DNA of 64,000 bases, taken from Calditrichales bacterium. Its GTDB lineage: Bacteria > Calditrichota > Calditrichia > Calditrichales > J004. Each line of letters begins with the position of its first letter. Within the stretch, counting starts at the first letter, position 1. The notes under the pieces were generated by a model that was given only the letters and a program-made list of their open reading frames with translations, was not told where the DNA came from and did not search any database. Below are positions 36,501 through 46,034 of this stretch, piece after piece. The translations under genes were made by a program, and so were the position numbers. Location of the stretch: the NCBI GenBank assembly GCA_965267575.1, contig OZ254086.1, positions 960,001 to 1,024,000 of the forward strand, read 5' to 3'.

Positions 36501-37466
36501 ATGTGGGAGATCGCCATCCCCCTTTTGCTGTTAGTCGCTTATATCATTTATGAATTCAGGATTCGCAAGCCCGATCAGTTTATTCTTTATGAAAAGGGCA
36601 ACCGAATCCGGATACGCAGCGCCCGTTTCTATCCACGCCACTTCAGCCTCGCGGTTCCGCGGCAGGCGCTTACCACTAATTTGAAATTTGAAGCCGAAGC
36701 CCGTGGCCGCCTGGCGCTGGAAGTTAAAATTGTGCTGAACGCGGCGCCGGCGGACGAGCATCTGGACGCGCTTATCCGCAGCGGCGGCTGGAATAAAGAT
36801 GCCAGCAATAAAGCCATGGAACAGGCCCGTGTCGTCATCGAATCGCTGAGCCGCAACCTGTGCGCCCGCCACGATGTGGAGACGCTCTTTTCCGATGTGC
36901 TGAACGAACACCTCCGCAAAGAGGCAGCAAAGCCCCTGCTGCAACTGGGTCTGCAACTGGTGGCTATCAACACGCAAAGTATAGAACCACTGGATCGTGA
37001 TATTGTTGTGGCCATGCAAAAGCAGGAAGAAGCGCGCATCCGCGAGCAAACTGAAAAGAACGAGCAGAAAGTGCGCATCGCCCTGGCCCGTATGCGCGTG
37101 GAAGCCGAAGAGAAAATACTGAAGGACGAACAGGCGCTTGCTCTAAGAAAACTTGAAATGAAGCAGGATCTGGATAAGCAGGAAGCGGCCCTGGCCGACC
37201 AGCGCGTGCGCGAGGAACTGGCCCGCAAAAAACAACAACTGGCCTTTGAAAAAGAAGAAATGGCGCTCCTGAAAAACCATCCCGAACTGCTGATGCTTTC
37301 GCCTCAAATAACACAACTGGCCAAAGCCAGCCAGAAACTGCCCAATGCTAAAACGGTCGTATCCCTCTCTCCGGAAAACAATGCCGCCGCCGGCGACCTG
37401 CTGACAACATTGCAAAATCTGGTAACTAATATTTTATCCGGGTCCGGACGCTCCTCCGATAAATAA
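36501..37466 (+). CDS. SPFH/band-7 (flotillin-like) membrane protein
   Basis: GGAG RBS then ATG 36501; N-terminal TM; LGLQLVAINTQSIEP followed by a long E/Q/K/R-rich coiled coil. Confidence 0.7.
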   Translation: MWEIAIPLLLLVAYIIYEFRIRKPDQFILYEKGNRIRIRSARFYPRHFSLAVPRQALTTNLKFEAEARGRLALEVKIVLNAAPADEHLDALIRSGGWNKDASNKAMEQARVVIESLSRNLCARHDVETLFSDVLNEHLRKEAAKPLLQLGLQLVAINTQSIEPLDRDIVVAMQKQEEARIREQTEKNEQKVRIALARMRVEAEEKILKDEQALALRKLEMKQDLDKQEAALADQRVREELARKKQQLAFEKEEMALLKNHPELLMLSPQITQLAKASQKLPNAKTVVSLSPENNAAAGDLLTTLQNLVTNILSGSGRSSDK

Positions 37467-37474
37467 TCCGCTTT

Positions 37475-40400
37475 ATGAAAAAAGAGAGCTTTCCATTTAA
37501 ACTGAAGCCGTTGATCGCGGCCCAGGTTTCGGAGATCAGCGAGGTTACAGCCGCCGCGGATATTTCCGATTCCGAAAAGATCAACTTTCACATCGGCAAC
37601 CCGCTGTCCGATGCGCGGCTGATTAGCGCATACACCGATTTATGTCTGAAAAATGACAGCACCCCGGCGCCCGAAGATATGCGCGCCCTCATCCACGAGA
37701 CAGTCAAAAAAGCCGTGCCCTACAGCCCTCGCGGTGGTTACCGCAGCAATGCACGTCCGGCACTTGTGGAAAAAATACGCCGCTGGCTGGAAGATGAACA
37801 GGCCGAAGGTATTTACTACGCCCTTGGTGATAACAATGGCAAGCGCGAATGTATTTTGAGCAGCGGGGGCATGACGGAAACGCTGCGGGTTCTTTTACAG
37901 ACCATCTCCGATTACACTGTTGCCGGGCCGGTTCAATTGCTCAACCTGGGCTTTGTTGCCGCCGGGGAACTACCGACTTTTAAGGGGCTGAGCATTCCGC
38001 AGAATCTGGATTCCGTTTACGGCCTTGGTGACTTTGAAGGCAAAGCGGCCGTTGTCCTGCTGGGCACCGAAGCGGGAGCCCGCGAACGGCGCTGGCTGAG
38101 ACGGCACGACCATAATGCGCCGCTCTTATTCGTGGAGCTCAACAACGCCGCAAACGACCACTCGCTGGCACGCGAGAGCGGGCTTTTTCAAAATGTCATC
38201 CGGGTAATTGACGCGGCTGTTCTGCGTAAGGATCTATCGGAAGGCTCGTTGCAATTTGTGCTGGGCAACAGCGACTTTCTTCAGCGCATGGAATCGGTGC
38301 ACTTTGAACTTAAGGGAACACCTTCTTCCACAGAAATTGTTTACCTGGAAACACGCCTTTCCGCAGCCGCTCCCAAGGAAAAGGACCGGGGCCAAAACGA
38401 TGTTGTTTCCGCGGAGCCTTTCGCCCGGGCAAGTGGCATTTTAAAGAAAGCGCGCGAACTGAGCCACCGTTACGAGCAAAAAAGCGGGCAGATCGCCCGG
38501 CGGCTGGTGGAAAAAAATTACGGAGCTGACGCGCCTCTTCTTTCCATCGGCAGCGCCTCGCGCCACCTTGGCCTGAACCACGCCGCCTTCGAGGAATTTG
38601 CCGAAATGGACAGCGCCGATTTGTTCAACGCGCTGGAAGACCGTGAAACGGCCGGCAAACTCGGCCATGCCTTCACGGAACATTTCTGCCGCCATCACCC
38701 CTGGTATAACCGCAAAGATTGTTACGCGGTCAGCGGATCGGCGCGCACCGCTTTTAGCCTGCTGGGCCGCCACGGCGCTATTCAAGATGTCCTGGTGTTT
38801 GATATGGGCTGGTCTTACGAAAACGCTTTTGCACGTGTGCACGCCGTGCCGCTTCTTGAAGACGACGACCGCAACGCGCAAAACATGATTGATGCCTGCG
38901 CGGAGCTTGATGAACACAGCGCCGTCATCCTGAACAACCCGCATAATGCTAGCGGACGCGTTTTTTCCACTGAAGCGATCGAAAAGATCCTGCTCTATTG
39001 CCTTGATCGCAAAATCACCGTCATCGATGATTTGTGTTATCCCAATGTAGCGCCTGTGCTGGAATGGCCCGCCATTCCCTGCGCTAAAGAAATCGCCCGC
39101 CACGCCGTGGACACGGGACGCCTCAGCGCGGACCGCCTGCAGTATCTCATTACCGTGCACTCCTTATCAAAGTGCGATTGCTTCGCCGGTGCCCGTTTAT
39201 CCGTCGTGGAAACGGCTCACCCGCGCTTAACGGAAAATTTCAGCCGGCAGCTTAATCGGCTGGCGCCCAACACAATGGCCCTCTTTCTGGCCTATCTCTT
39301 TTACCGCAACACGCCGCATGATGTGAGGAGCTACTGGCAATTACGCAATCGCCTGCTATATGAAAAAGGACAGGCCCTGCGAAAAGCGATGGAAGAGATT
39401 GCCGAGGAGCGCAACCACTACAAGCTGCGTTTTGAATTACCACAGGCAACGATCTATCCGCATCTGAACATCGGGCTTTTTCCCAATGGACTGTCCACGG
39501 ACAGGCTGGCGTTAAAACTGGCCAAAAGTGGTATCGGGCTGGTTCCGTTGGCGAACTTTACGCGGCACACGGATACATTTAGCGAAGCACGCAAGAAATT
39601 CCGCCTGACGCTTGGCGGCAGCGACCCTGCCGTACAGCTTGAGGCCAAAGCCCGGCGCCTGCTGGTCGAACTCAATCGCGCCATAAACAGCGAAGCGCGG
39701 CAATACCAGTTTTATGAGCCCCAGCCGGCCCCCAAAAGCACGGCCAACGGTGCTGCGCTCAAAGAGCTCGTGGCCGAATGGGATAACATCCGCGGCGGCT
39801 TAAAGCAATCAGCAACGAAATTATGGAAAAAACGTGCCCGTTCATTGAAGCGGGTTTCGGGACGAGACGCGTTCGAACGGTTTCTTGAAGAGCGCCTGGC
39901 CCTGATCGGCGAACAAATTGAGGAAACCGCGGAGCTGTACGACCGCCAAAAGTTTCTTTTCCAAAATGCGACCGAAGCGGAGTTGCAGCGTTTTTTCGAA
40001 CAAGAGTTTTTCAAACAGGAAGCCGCGGCACGGGAAAGACAATTCAACACGCGCCTGTTTGACCGCACCGTCCATCCTACGCAAATGTATGCCGTGGAAG
40101 TGGCGCTGCATACACGCAACTGGCTTTTGCACCGGCTTCAGGGACGTCCTTTGTCCGCTGCCTGGCCGGAAAACCTGGCCCGCGCCCTGGCCGATGAATA
40201 TTTCGGCTACAATGTGCCGCTTAATTCCGAGCAGGAGGCCGGCGAGCTGATCTGCGACTTGTGGACGCTTTCGCTGAATGACATGTACCGCCATGGCCTG
40301 GATAGCAGCGCACCTTCTCTACTCAGTTTTTGGGGAGACTGGGATGGCAGCACGCGCCCTTCCGGGCAGGGGCATCGTCTTGTAGCGGCCGTTCTGATCG

Positions 40401-42859
40401 AGAATCTGCAGCAACTGGCGCATATGCTGCGCGTTCTGGACCGCCAGATCAACACGTTTGATCTTGACCAAAGCGTGCAAAAGGAATTATCGCGCCTGCC
40501 CGCGGACCTGGACAAATTCTGGAAGGTGCTGAATAAAATTACGCGTTTGACGCACCAGCTGGAAAAGCGCTACAGCGGCCTGCTGCCGGGACACCTGTTT
40601 GGCGCCGCCGGTCAGAGACGCCATCTCACCTGGAAACGCGATCCGGTGAAGAAGCTATTTGCGCACAACGACCGACTGGAAAGAAAAATGCAGCAATTGC
40701 GGCGAGAGCGTTCACGGCGCCTGACCTATTTCTTTGACCTGAACAAAAGATTGCGAAAAGAACTGTTCGCCCTGGCACCGCAGGTTATTAAAAACCGCCA
40801 TGATGAGAAAGTGGCGGGCATTGTTTCCGGTTACCGCAACCTGCTTTCACGTTTTGCCCTTACGCCGCGCATCCACCAAAAAATTATCCGCGCCGCAGAT
40901 CCGTTTGCGGTTGAAACAACGATGCAAAACCTGCTGGAGATAAACGCCCTTTCAGCGCGCTTTGGCAATCCGATGATCATTCCTGCGCTGCAGGTCAGCA
41001 TGTCCAATGATCCGCAGGCCCTGGTACACCTGGATCGCCTGATGCTGGCGCAGCCGCAGGCCCGCGAAAACAACGCGCGCTTAAAGTTGATACCTCTTTT
41101 CGAAGAGGAAAGCGTGCTGTTAAGGCTGGAAGAATATCTCGATCATGTTTGGAATTATGCCGCAGAGAGTGCCGCTTTGAACCAGGAAGTGCCGGCGCGC
41201 TTCAGCGAGTTGGTCAGCGAGATATTTGTGGCCGGTTCCGATCTGAGCCAGAATATCGGTTCCATAAGCAGCCGCAGTATGTTTAATAATACAGTGCGCA
41301 GATTCATCGAATGGCAGATCGCGAAAAACATCTCTCCGTTATTGCGTGTTAAGCTGGGCTGTGGTGAAGCGGCTCAACGCCAGGCGGGTTATTACAATCC
41401 TTATTCCGGGCGGCCGGTTACAGCCTTAGAAAATAGCGCCGGATTCCCGCTTGCGTTCGGTCGCTATCCGCTGCTGGGCCTTGCCCGGCTTGATCAGCTT
41501 ATGACCGTACAAAGTAACGGAGCCGAACATATTTTCCGCTTTTTACCTTTAAGCGAGCGTGACCGCCTATTTCATCACATGCGAAATATGCAATCCAATT
41601 TTTACACGGAAGCGATGCGCATCCGCGAAATGGCAACTGAAACCCGGCTCTCCCTGGGCCGCCGCGCGGAAAAAGAGCTGCAGCGCTTGTGCCGCGTAGC
41701 TGACGATCCGCTGGTTGAGGAATTTAACGATCTGCACAAGGAGTATTACCGGCGTATTGTTTACGGCAGTGAGAACGACCTTTTTGGCATCCATGTGATC
41801 ACATACTTTATCTCGCGCATGGTGCCTGCATTGCGAGACCGCCCGGCCATACGTCCTTCCCGCGAGGACAGTAACAGTAGCGGCCAGATAATGGAACGGC
41901 TGGCGCAAACCATCCCTATGGCGCGTCATGACAGCATGCTGCGGGCGATCGGGCATAACCGCGCTCAAAGCGTGGTGCTGGGATCCAACCAGTTTACAAC
42001 GGGATTGTTCGCCGCCCTGCACCAGCTTATCCGCAGCAAGCGCGGGCAGCTGCAGGAGAACCAGATAATTGAACGTATCCTGCATCACCTGCCGGTCTAT
42101 GATATCCTTAAGTCAATACGCTATTACCAGCAGAAAGACCTACGCCATGCCCACTTCTTTGACGAAGAGTTCCGTCGCGGTAACAGTGCCTGGGCAATAC
42201 TGGAAAATGACGCAATCCTGATAGATAAATATATCCCGCACTTACAAAACCAGCTATTAATTGATCTGGGGATTTCGGCGGATAAGGCCTCCGGCAGATT
42301 AGCGGATCGCCTGATGGATAAATTACATCCGGACCTTGCGGTATTGCTGCAGGAAAATATCTTTAATACGGACATTGCTGTTTACCGTGAAAAGTACGGA
42401 ACAAACCGCACGGCATTGCTGCAAGAAATTTTACAACGCCCGGAAAAAATAAAAAATTGGCGGGATGAGATATGGCAATTGATTGGAAGTAAGGTCAAAA
42501 AACAGGTATCCAGTTTTATAGACCTGGCTCGTGCGATTCATGGGCTTTCTCAAAGGACGGCGCTTGCCGGCGGCTTGTTGGGCGCCGAAGAGAATAAGCT
42601 ACCGCGCCTGGCGGATGACATCCAGCAGCTGATCCAAAAAGACGCGGAAGATCCCATGCGTCGTTTTCTCTATTCTGCCGCCACGCTTCTTGCCCGTGCA
42701 TCGGCGGAAAACGTTCAGCTTCCCGTGGATGCCGTGCGTGCTCTGCGTGACGTACGTCGCATTGCGCAGATCGATCAGCAATTGCTAAGTCCAAAAGAAC
42801 AGAACGAACTACGCTATTACCTGCTGCAAATCGCCCGCCTGACCAACGATAACGGTTAA
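37475..42859 (+). CDS. 1794-aa fusion: degenerate aminotransferase fold + PLP aminotransferase class I/II + divergent PEP-carboxylase-like domain
   Basis: AT motifs INFHIGNP, LNNPHNASG, IDDLCY, HSLSK(566)CDCFAGARL, FRLTLG; PEPC-like motifs TVHPT, WGDWDG, IPLFE, FVAGSD, GCGEAAQR, TVQS, RPAIRPSR, LRAIG, C-terminal NDNG. Confidence 0.8.
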   Translation: MKKESFPFKLKPLIAAQVSEISEVTAAADISDSEKINFHIGNPLSDARLISAYTDLCLKNDSTPAPEDMRALIHETVKKAVPYSPRGGYRSNARPALVEKIRRWLEDEQAEGIYYALGDNNGKRECILSSGGMTETLRVLLQTISDYTVAGPVQLLNLGFVAAGELPTFKGLSIPQNLDSVYGLGDFEGKAAVVLLGTEAGARERRWLRRHDHNAPLLFVELNNAANDHSLARESGLFQNVIRVIDAAVLRKDLSEGSLQFVLGNSDFLQRMESVHFELKGTPSSTEIVYLETRLSAAAPKEKDRGQNDVVSAEPFARASGILKKARELSHRYEQKSGQIARRLVEKNYGADAPLLSIGSASRHLGLNHAAFEEFAEMDSADLFNALEDRETAGKLGHAFTEHFCRHHPWYNRKDCYAVSGSARTAFSLLGRHGAIQDVLVFDMGWSYENAFARVHAVPLLEDDDRNAQNMIDACAELDEHSAVILNNPHNASGRVFSTEAIEKILLYCLDRKITVIDDLCYPNVAPVLEWPAIPCAKEIARHAVDTGRLSADRLQYLITVHSLSKCDCFAGARLSVVETAHPRLTENFSRQLNRLAPNTMALFLAYLFYRNTPHDVRSYWQLRNRLLYEKGQALRKAMEEIAEERNHYKLRFELPQATIYPHLNIGLFPNGLSTDRLALKLAKSGIGLVPLANFTRHTDTFSEARKKFRLTLGGSDPAVQLEAKARRLLVELNRAINSEARQYQFYEPQPAPKSTANGAALKELVAEWDNIRGGLKQSATKLWKKRARSLKRVSGRDAFERFLEERLALIGEQIEETAELYDRQKFLFQNATEAELQRFFEQEFFKQEAAARERQFNTRLFDRTVHPTQMYAVEVALHTRNWLLHRLQGRPLSAAWPENLARALADEYFGYNVPLNSEQEAGELICDLWTLSLNDMYRHGLDSSAPSLLSFWGDWDGSTRPSGQGHRLVAAVLIENLQQLAHMLRVLDRQINTFDLDQSVQKELSRLPADLDKFWKVLNKITRLTHQLEKRYSGLLPGHLFGAAGQRRHLTWKRDPVKKLFAHNDRLERKMQQLRRERSRRLTYFFDLNKRLRKELFALAPQVIKNRHDEKVAGIVSGYRNLLSRFALTPRIHQKIIRAADPFAVETTMQNLLEINALSARFGNPMIIPALQVSMSNDPQALVHLDRLMLAQPQARENNARLKLIPLFEEESVLLRLEEYLDHVWNYAAESAALNQEVPARFSELVSEIFVAGSDLSQNIGSISSRSMFNNTVRRFIEWQIAKNISPLLRVKLGCGEAAQRQAGYYNPYSGRPVTALENSAGFPLAFGRYPLLGLARLDQLMTVQSNGAEHIFRFLPLSERDRLFHHMRNMQSNFYTEAMRIREMATETRLSLGRRAEKELQRLCRVADDPLVEEFNDLHKEYYRRIVYGSENDLFGIHVITYFISRMVPALRDRPAIRPSREDSNSSGQIMERLAQTIPMARHDSMLRAIGHNRAQSVVLGSNQFTTGLFAALHQLIRSKRGQLQENQIIERILHHLPVYDILKSIRYYQQKDLRHAHFFDEEFRRGNSAWAILENDAILIDKYIPHLQNQLLIDLGISADKASGRLADRLMDKLHPDLAVLLQENIFNTDIAVYREKYGTNRTALLQEILQRPEKIKNWRDEIWQLIGSKVKKQVSSFIDLARAIHGLSQRTALAGGLLGAEENKLPRLADDIQQLIQKDAEDPMRRFLYSAATLLARASAENVQLPVDAVRALRDVRRIAQIDQQLLSPKEQNELRYYLLQIARLTNDNG

Positions 42860-43077
42860 CCGGCCCTGTTATAACAACGCTCGCGGACAAACTGCTCCAG
42901 GGCCAGCCTCTCCGCTTCTATGCGCTCAAGCCCACCCTCAAATTCCATTATAGCAGATCTTTCCTCCAGAACCTCAATATCCTCAGGTTCCAGTATATAG
43001 GGGAAATTTCTGTATGAAATATGAGAGTAACCCGCTTCGTTCATGTCTCCTATCATAAAAGAAGTACTTGGATTCAT
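42856..43077 (-). CDS. Small hypothetical protein with EERSAIMEFEGG motif
   Basis: AAGGT upstream of ATG; EERxAIMExxGGLxRxEAE resembles a recurring small helical motif of phage/mobile-element proteins (recalled, not searched). Confidence 0.55.
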   Translation of the reverse strand: MNPSTSFMIGDMNEAGYSHISYRNFPYILEPEDIEVLEERSAIMEFEGGLERIEAERLALEQFVRERCYNRAG

Positions 43078-43422
43078 GCGCGTTTACCTTTATAATGTAC
43101 TTATGTACACCAATAAAGGTATACAAAAATTTACCGGAACGCAACATTTCGTCAGCAAAAGCGTTTATTGTTCAATTATGTAGCATTTCTTAAGAGTGCA
43201 AAAATCATCTCGAAATTCTGTATAGAAATTGCACAGGATGACCAATATCACGCGGAAAATGTAACCGTGGTCAAAGTGAAAGCATTAAGGGATGGTTATT
43301 ATCAATTAAAACGATCAGGGAAAAATCATGAAATTAAAACTGAAAATAAAACTAAAAGCGCGGCTGTTTATAAAGCTTCCGGAAAACAGTAATATCTTTT
43401 TTCACGAAGAAAGCCGCTTGAT

Positions 43423-43456
43423 TAAAGAAACGCGCAAAGATAAATCTTCGCGCGTT
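43423..43456 (-). terminator. Probable intrinsic terminator downstream of the GWxTD gene
   Basis: Minus strand AACGCGCGAAGA-TTTA-TCTTTGCGCGTT followed by TCTTT. Confidence 0.65.
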
Positions 43457-43502
43457 GAAATGATAAAACTTTTACCAAAAGCCGCATTGTATCTCTAAAA
43501 TC

Positions 43503-44774
43503 TTATCTCGGCATATATTCTGCCAAAGTCTCCTGCTTATCCAACAAATTAAACGGGGCAAAACCGTTAAAGCCGACAAACGTAAAGGCCAGATCCAGAT
43601 TGCTGTAATACCATACCTGCCGCGTTTCCTTTAAAAACGAGCCGGTTTTAGCATAAACCCGGTCGGGCTCACCAAACAAAACGTAGATCATTCCAAAATC
43701 GCTTTTATAGCCGGGCAAATCATCTTTTGTGAAAACCAGATTTGCATGATCCAGGCGCTTATAGTATTCCTCCATCAACTCATTTTTTGCGCTGCCGGGC
43801 GTAGGGTCTCTTTTAGCCCAAAAGCTCTTTAATATCTCATTACGTTGCTGTGCGGGAACCTGATACATCTCATTAATCTCTTCTTCAGAAGCAATATAGC
43901 GCAATTCATCCACAGCATCGCTAAAGCGCTTAAAGCGGATGTCCAGCGGACTTTGCCGTACGTGAAAATACGTCTCAGAACTGATCGCTTGCGTACCGGC
44001 TTCCTGTGTAACGACAAAACGATATGTATCCGTGGGCAGGTGAGCCACTGAAAAATTCAGACGGAACGCGGGGTTTGATATGGTGACGGGTATTTTCTCA
44101 TCGGCATCATGCCATACTTTGCCATTGCTGTCTACAACTTTATAGTTCGTCAAGACGTTGCCGTCATTTTTCACCACTTCTGTAAGGTTATAAGATTCAT
44201 AATAAATAACCACCGTGGGATTTTTATATGAAAAACGCCGTGCTACGTTGGGCAGGCTTTCTCCCTTTTCGCCATCAGCTATGCTCAGCTGGATTGAGCT
44301 TATGCCGGGGGCGGAGTAATAATCGGTACATGCAATTTCTTTTTCGATTTTCAGGCGCTGGCTGGAGTTTTTATCATCCAGGACCAGCAGCGACTTATAG
44401 TTACCGGGCCTGACGCTAAGACCCAACTTGAACAGATGACCGATCGATCCGTCCCGGGTTTCGCTGTATTGGGCATTTATAATTTCTTTTTGAATGGACT
44501 GTTGTATTTCCAGCGTTTTGTCCTCATTAAACAAATAGAGCGTTGCGCTAACCACGGTTTTAAACCCGGAGGCGTCACGCACGAAATGCAGCTGTTTGTT
44601 TGTAAGAACAAAATAGTACTCCAGATAGGTCATCCCCGGCTCAGCGGAGCGAAAGGTCAGATAATCAACGGCCATAGCAGAAGTAGTTTTACCATCGGCG
44701 GGCGCCGCAAGCAACATAAGAAAAATAGCAGCCAAGGCTTTGATACCTGTCTGATGGATTTTACTTTCTTCCAT
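43503..44774 (-). CDS. GWxTD-domain protein (variant motif GYKSD)
   Basis: GGGAGG RBS before ATG 44774; LRYIASEEE, FWAKRDPTPGSAKNELMEEYYKRLDHAN..F, PGYKSDFGMIYVLFGEPD. Confidence 0.85.
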   Translation of the reverse strand: MEESKIHQTGIKALAAIFLMLLAAPADGKTTSAMAVDYLTFRSAEPGMTYLEYYFVLTNKQLHFVRDASGFKTVVSATLYLFNEDKTLEIQQSIQKEIINAQYSETRDGSIGHLFKLGLSVRPGNYKSLLVLDDKNSSQRLKIEKEIACTDYYSAPGISSIQLSIADGEKGESLPNVARRFSYKNPTVVIYYESYNLTEVVKNDGNVLTNYKVVDSNGKVWHDADEKIPVTISNPAFRLNFSVAHLPTDTYRFVVTQEAGTQAISSETYFHVRQSPLDIRFKRFSDAVDELRYIASEEEINEMYQVPAQQRNEILKSFWAKRDPTPGSAKNELMEEYYKRLDHANLVFTKDDLPGYKSDFGMIYVLFGEPDRVYAKTGSFLKETRQVWYYSNLDLAFTFVGFNGFAPFNLLDKQETLAEYMPR

Positions 44775-45086
44775 GAAAACCTCCCGGACAAATGCATATG
44801 TCCCGTTTTGCCATTCATACACAACCCTCTAATACTAATTGTCGTGGTGAATGCTGCGGTATTAAATGGAAAAAACCCGAACCAGCTTTTGGAAAAATGT
44901 GAAGAAATGAACTTGACCTCGTCCATTAAAGACATAAAAGTCGTTTATCCCTTTAATATCAAGACGGGGATAAATAATGAGGATTGTAAAAGGCCTCTGT
45001 CCTGGGTCTGTTTTGCTTGCGCAATATCCATCGGCTTGTGTCAGAATTGGACATTTTTTGACCATACGACATAATGTAGCGGAAAA

Positions 45087-46034
45087 TTACCGTGTCACGT
45101 CAACATAGATAGTATCGGCAATAACAGAGCCGAAGACACCGATAGCGTCACCTTCAAAGTTAAAACGCGCTTCGTGAAAATTGCCGTCGAATTCCTGAGT
45201 ATTGGCAAAGGTTTGCAGGAATTCCTTGTAATTCTTATCCGCCGCGTAAACGATCACTTCATATTTTGAATAGAAGAAAAAACTGAACCAGAAAATGGGA
45301 ACGGTGCTTTCGCCGGGCGTGGAAGGAGTGTTTTGTATCCAGTTGGTGTCAAAAGCGAATTCCTCAAAGTTTTCCTCATAGTCTTCAGGATCAAGATCGC
45401 CAACGAGGTGCTCAATGATAAAGCTGCCAAAGTCTGTTTGCAGCGGACGCACGCTGGTCACGTAAAAAGTCGTACCGGGTGAGCGCTGAATTTTCATTTC
45501 AAAAACCATTGTCTCGCCCTCATCATCGGTTTGCGCAAACTGCAGGCTGTTATGATTGATGCCGTTGATGCGGAAACCCGCTTCGGGCACCGTTGTGCTG
45601 GAGCGCGCTGTCAAGAGCTGGTCATCAATGACGGTTTGCACATCCAGGGTGTAGGTTTTGCCATGCTCAATCCTGAGATCGTTACCCCGGTAGCCGTAGG
45701 TATAGTTTTCAAAATCAAAAATACTGTCCGGTACGCTTAGTGTGAGAGGGTATTTCAGGCCACTGCTTTCGTCGGTTAAGACAACCTTTGTTTGTGTATA
45801 GCGCGGCAGCAGGTCGGCGGACGGACGCAGATCAGCGTCGAGAGGGAAATTTCTTGAAATACGGATATCCCGGACGGGTTGGCCGGGCACAAGATAACCT
45901 TCCACAACAATGCGCGGCTCGTAGCTTACATTGGTAACCTCAACGGTAGCTTCGCCACAGCCGCCCAGGAACAAGGCAATCGTTACTAAAAATAAAAAGG
46001 CGCTGATTTTAGAATAGAACATTTTAAAACTCAA
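45087..46034 (-). CDS. DUF4249-like lipoprotein partnering the TonB receptor
   Basis: Lipobox LGGC; RIVVEGYL, GKTYTLDV, ARSSTTVP, FNFEGDAIGVFGS. Confidence 0.75.
   Translation of the reverse strand: MSFKMFYSKISAFLFLVTIALFLGGCGEATVEVTNVSYEPRIVVEGYLVPGQPVRDIRISRNFPLDADLRPSADLLPRYTQTKVVLTDESSGLKYPLTLSVPDSIFDFENYTYGYRGNDLRIEHGKTYTLDVQTVIDDQLLTARSSTTVPEAGFRINGINHNSLQFAQTDDEGETMVFEMKIQRSPGTTFYVTSVRPLQTDFGSFIIEHLVGDLDPEDYEENFEEFAFDTNWIQNTPSTPGESTVPIFWFSFFFYSKYEVIVYAADKNYKEFLQTFANTQEFDGNFHEARFNFEGDAIGVFGSVIADTIYVDVTR

Noticed and set aside
43168-43392. 74-aa ORF in the AT-rich spacer
   Set aside because: TTG start without a clear RBS, low complexity, no motif.
44944-44974. TTTATCCC-N15-GGGATAAA inverted repeat upstream of the GWxTD gene
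   Set aside because: Single instance, does not match the TTATCA-N3-TGATAA motif; function unsupported.
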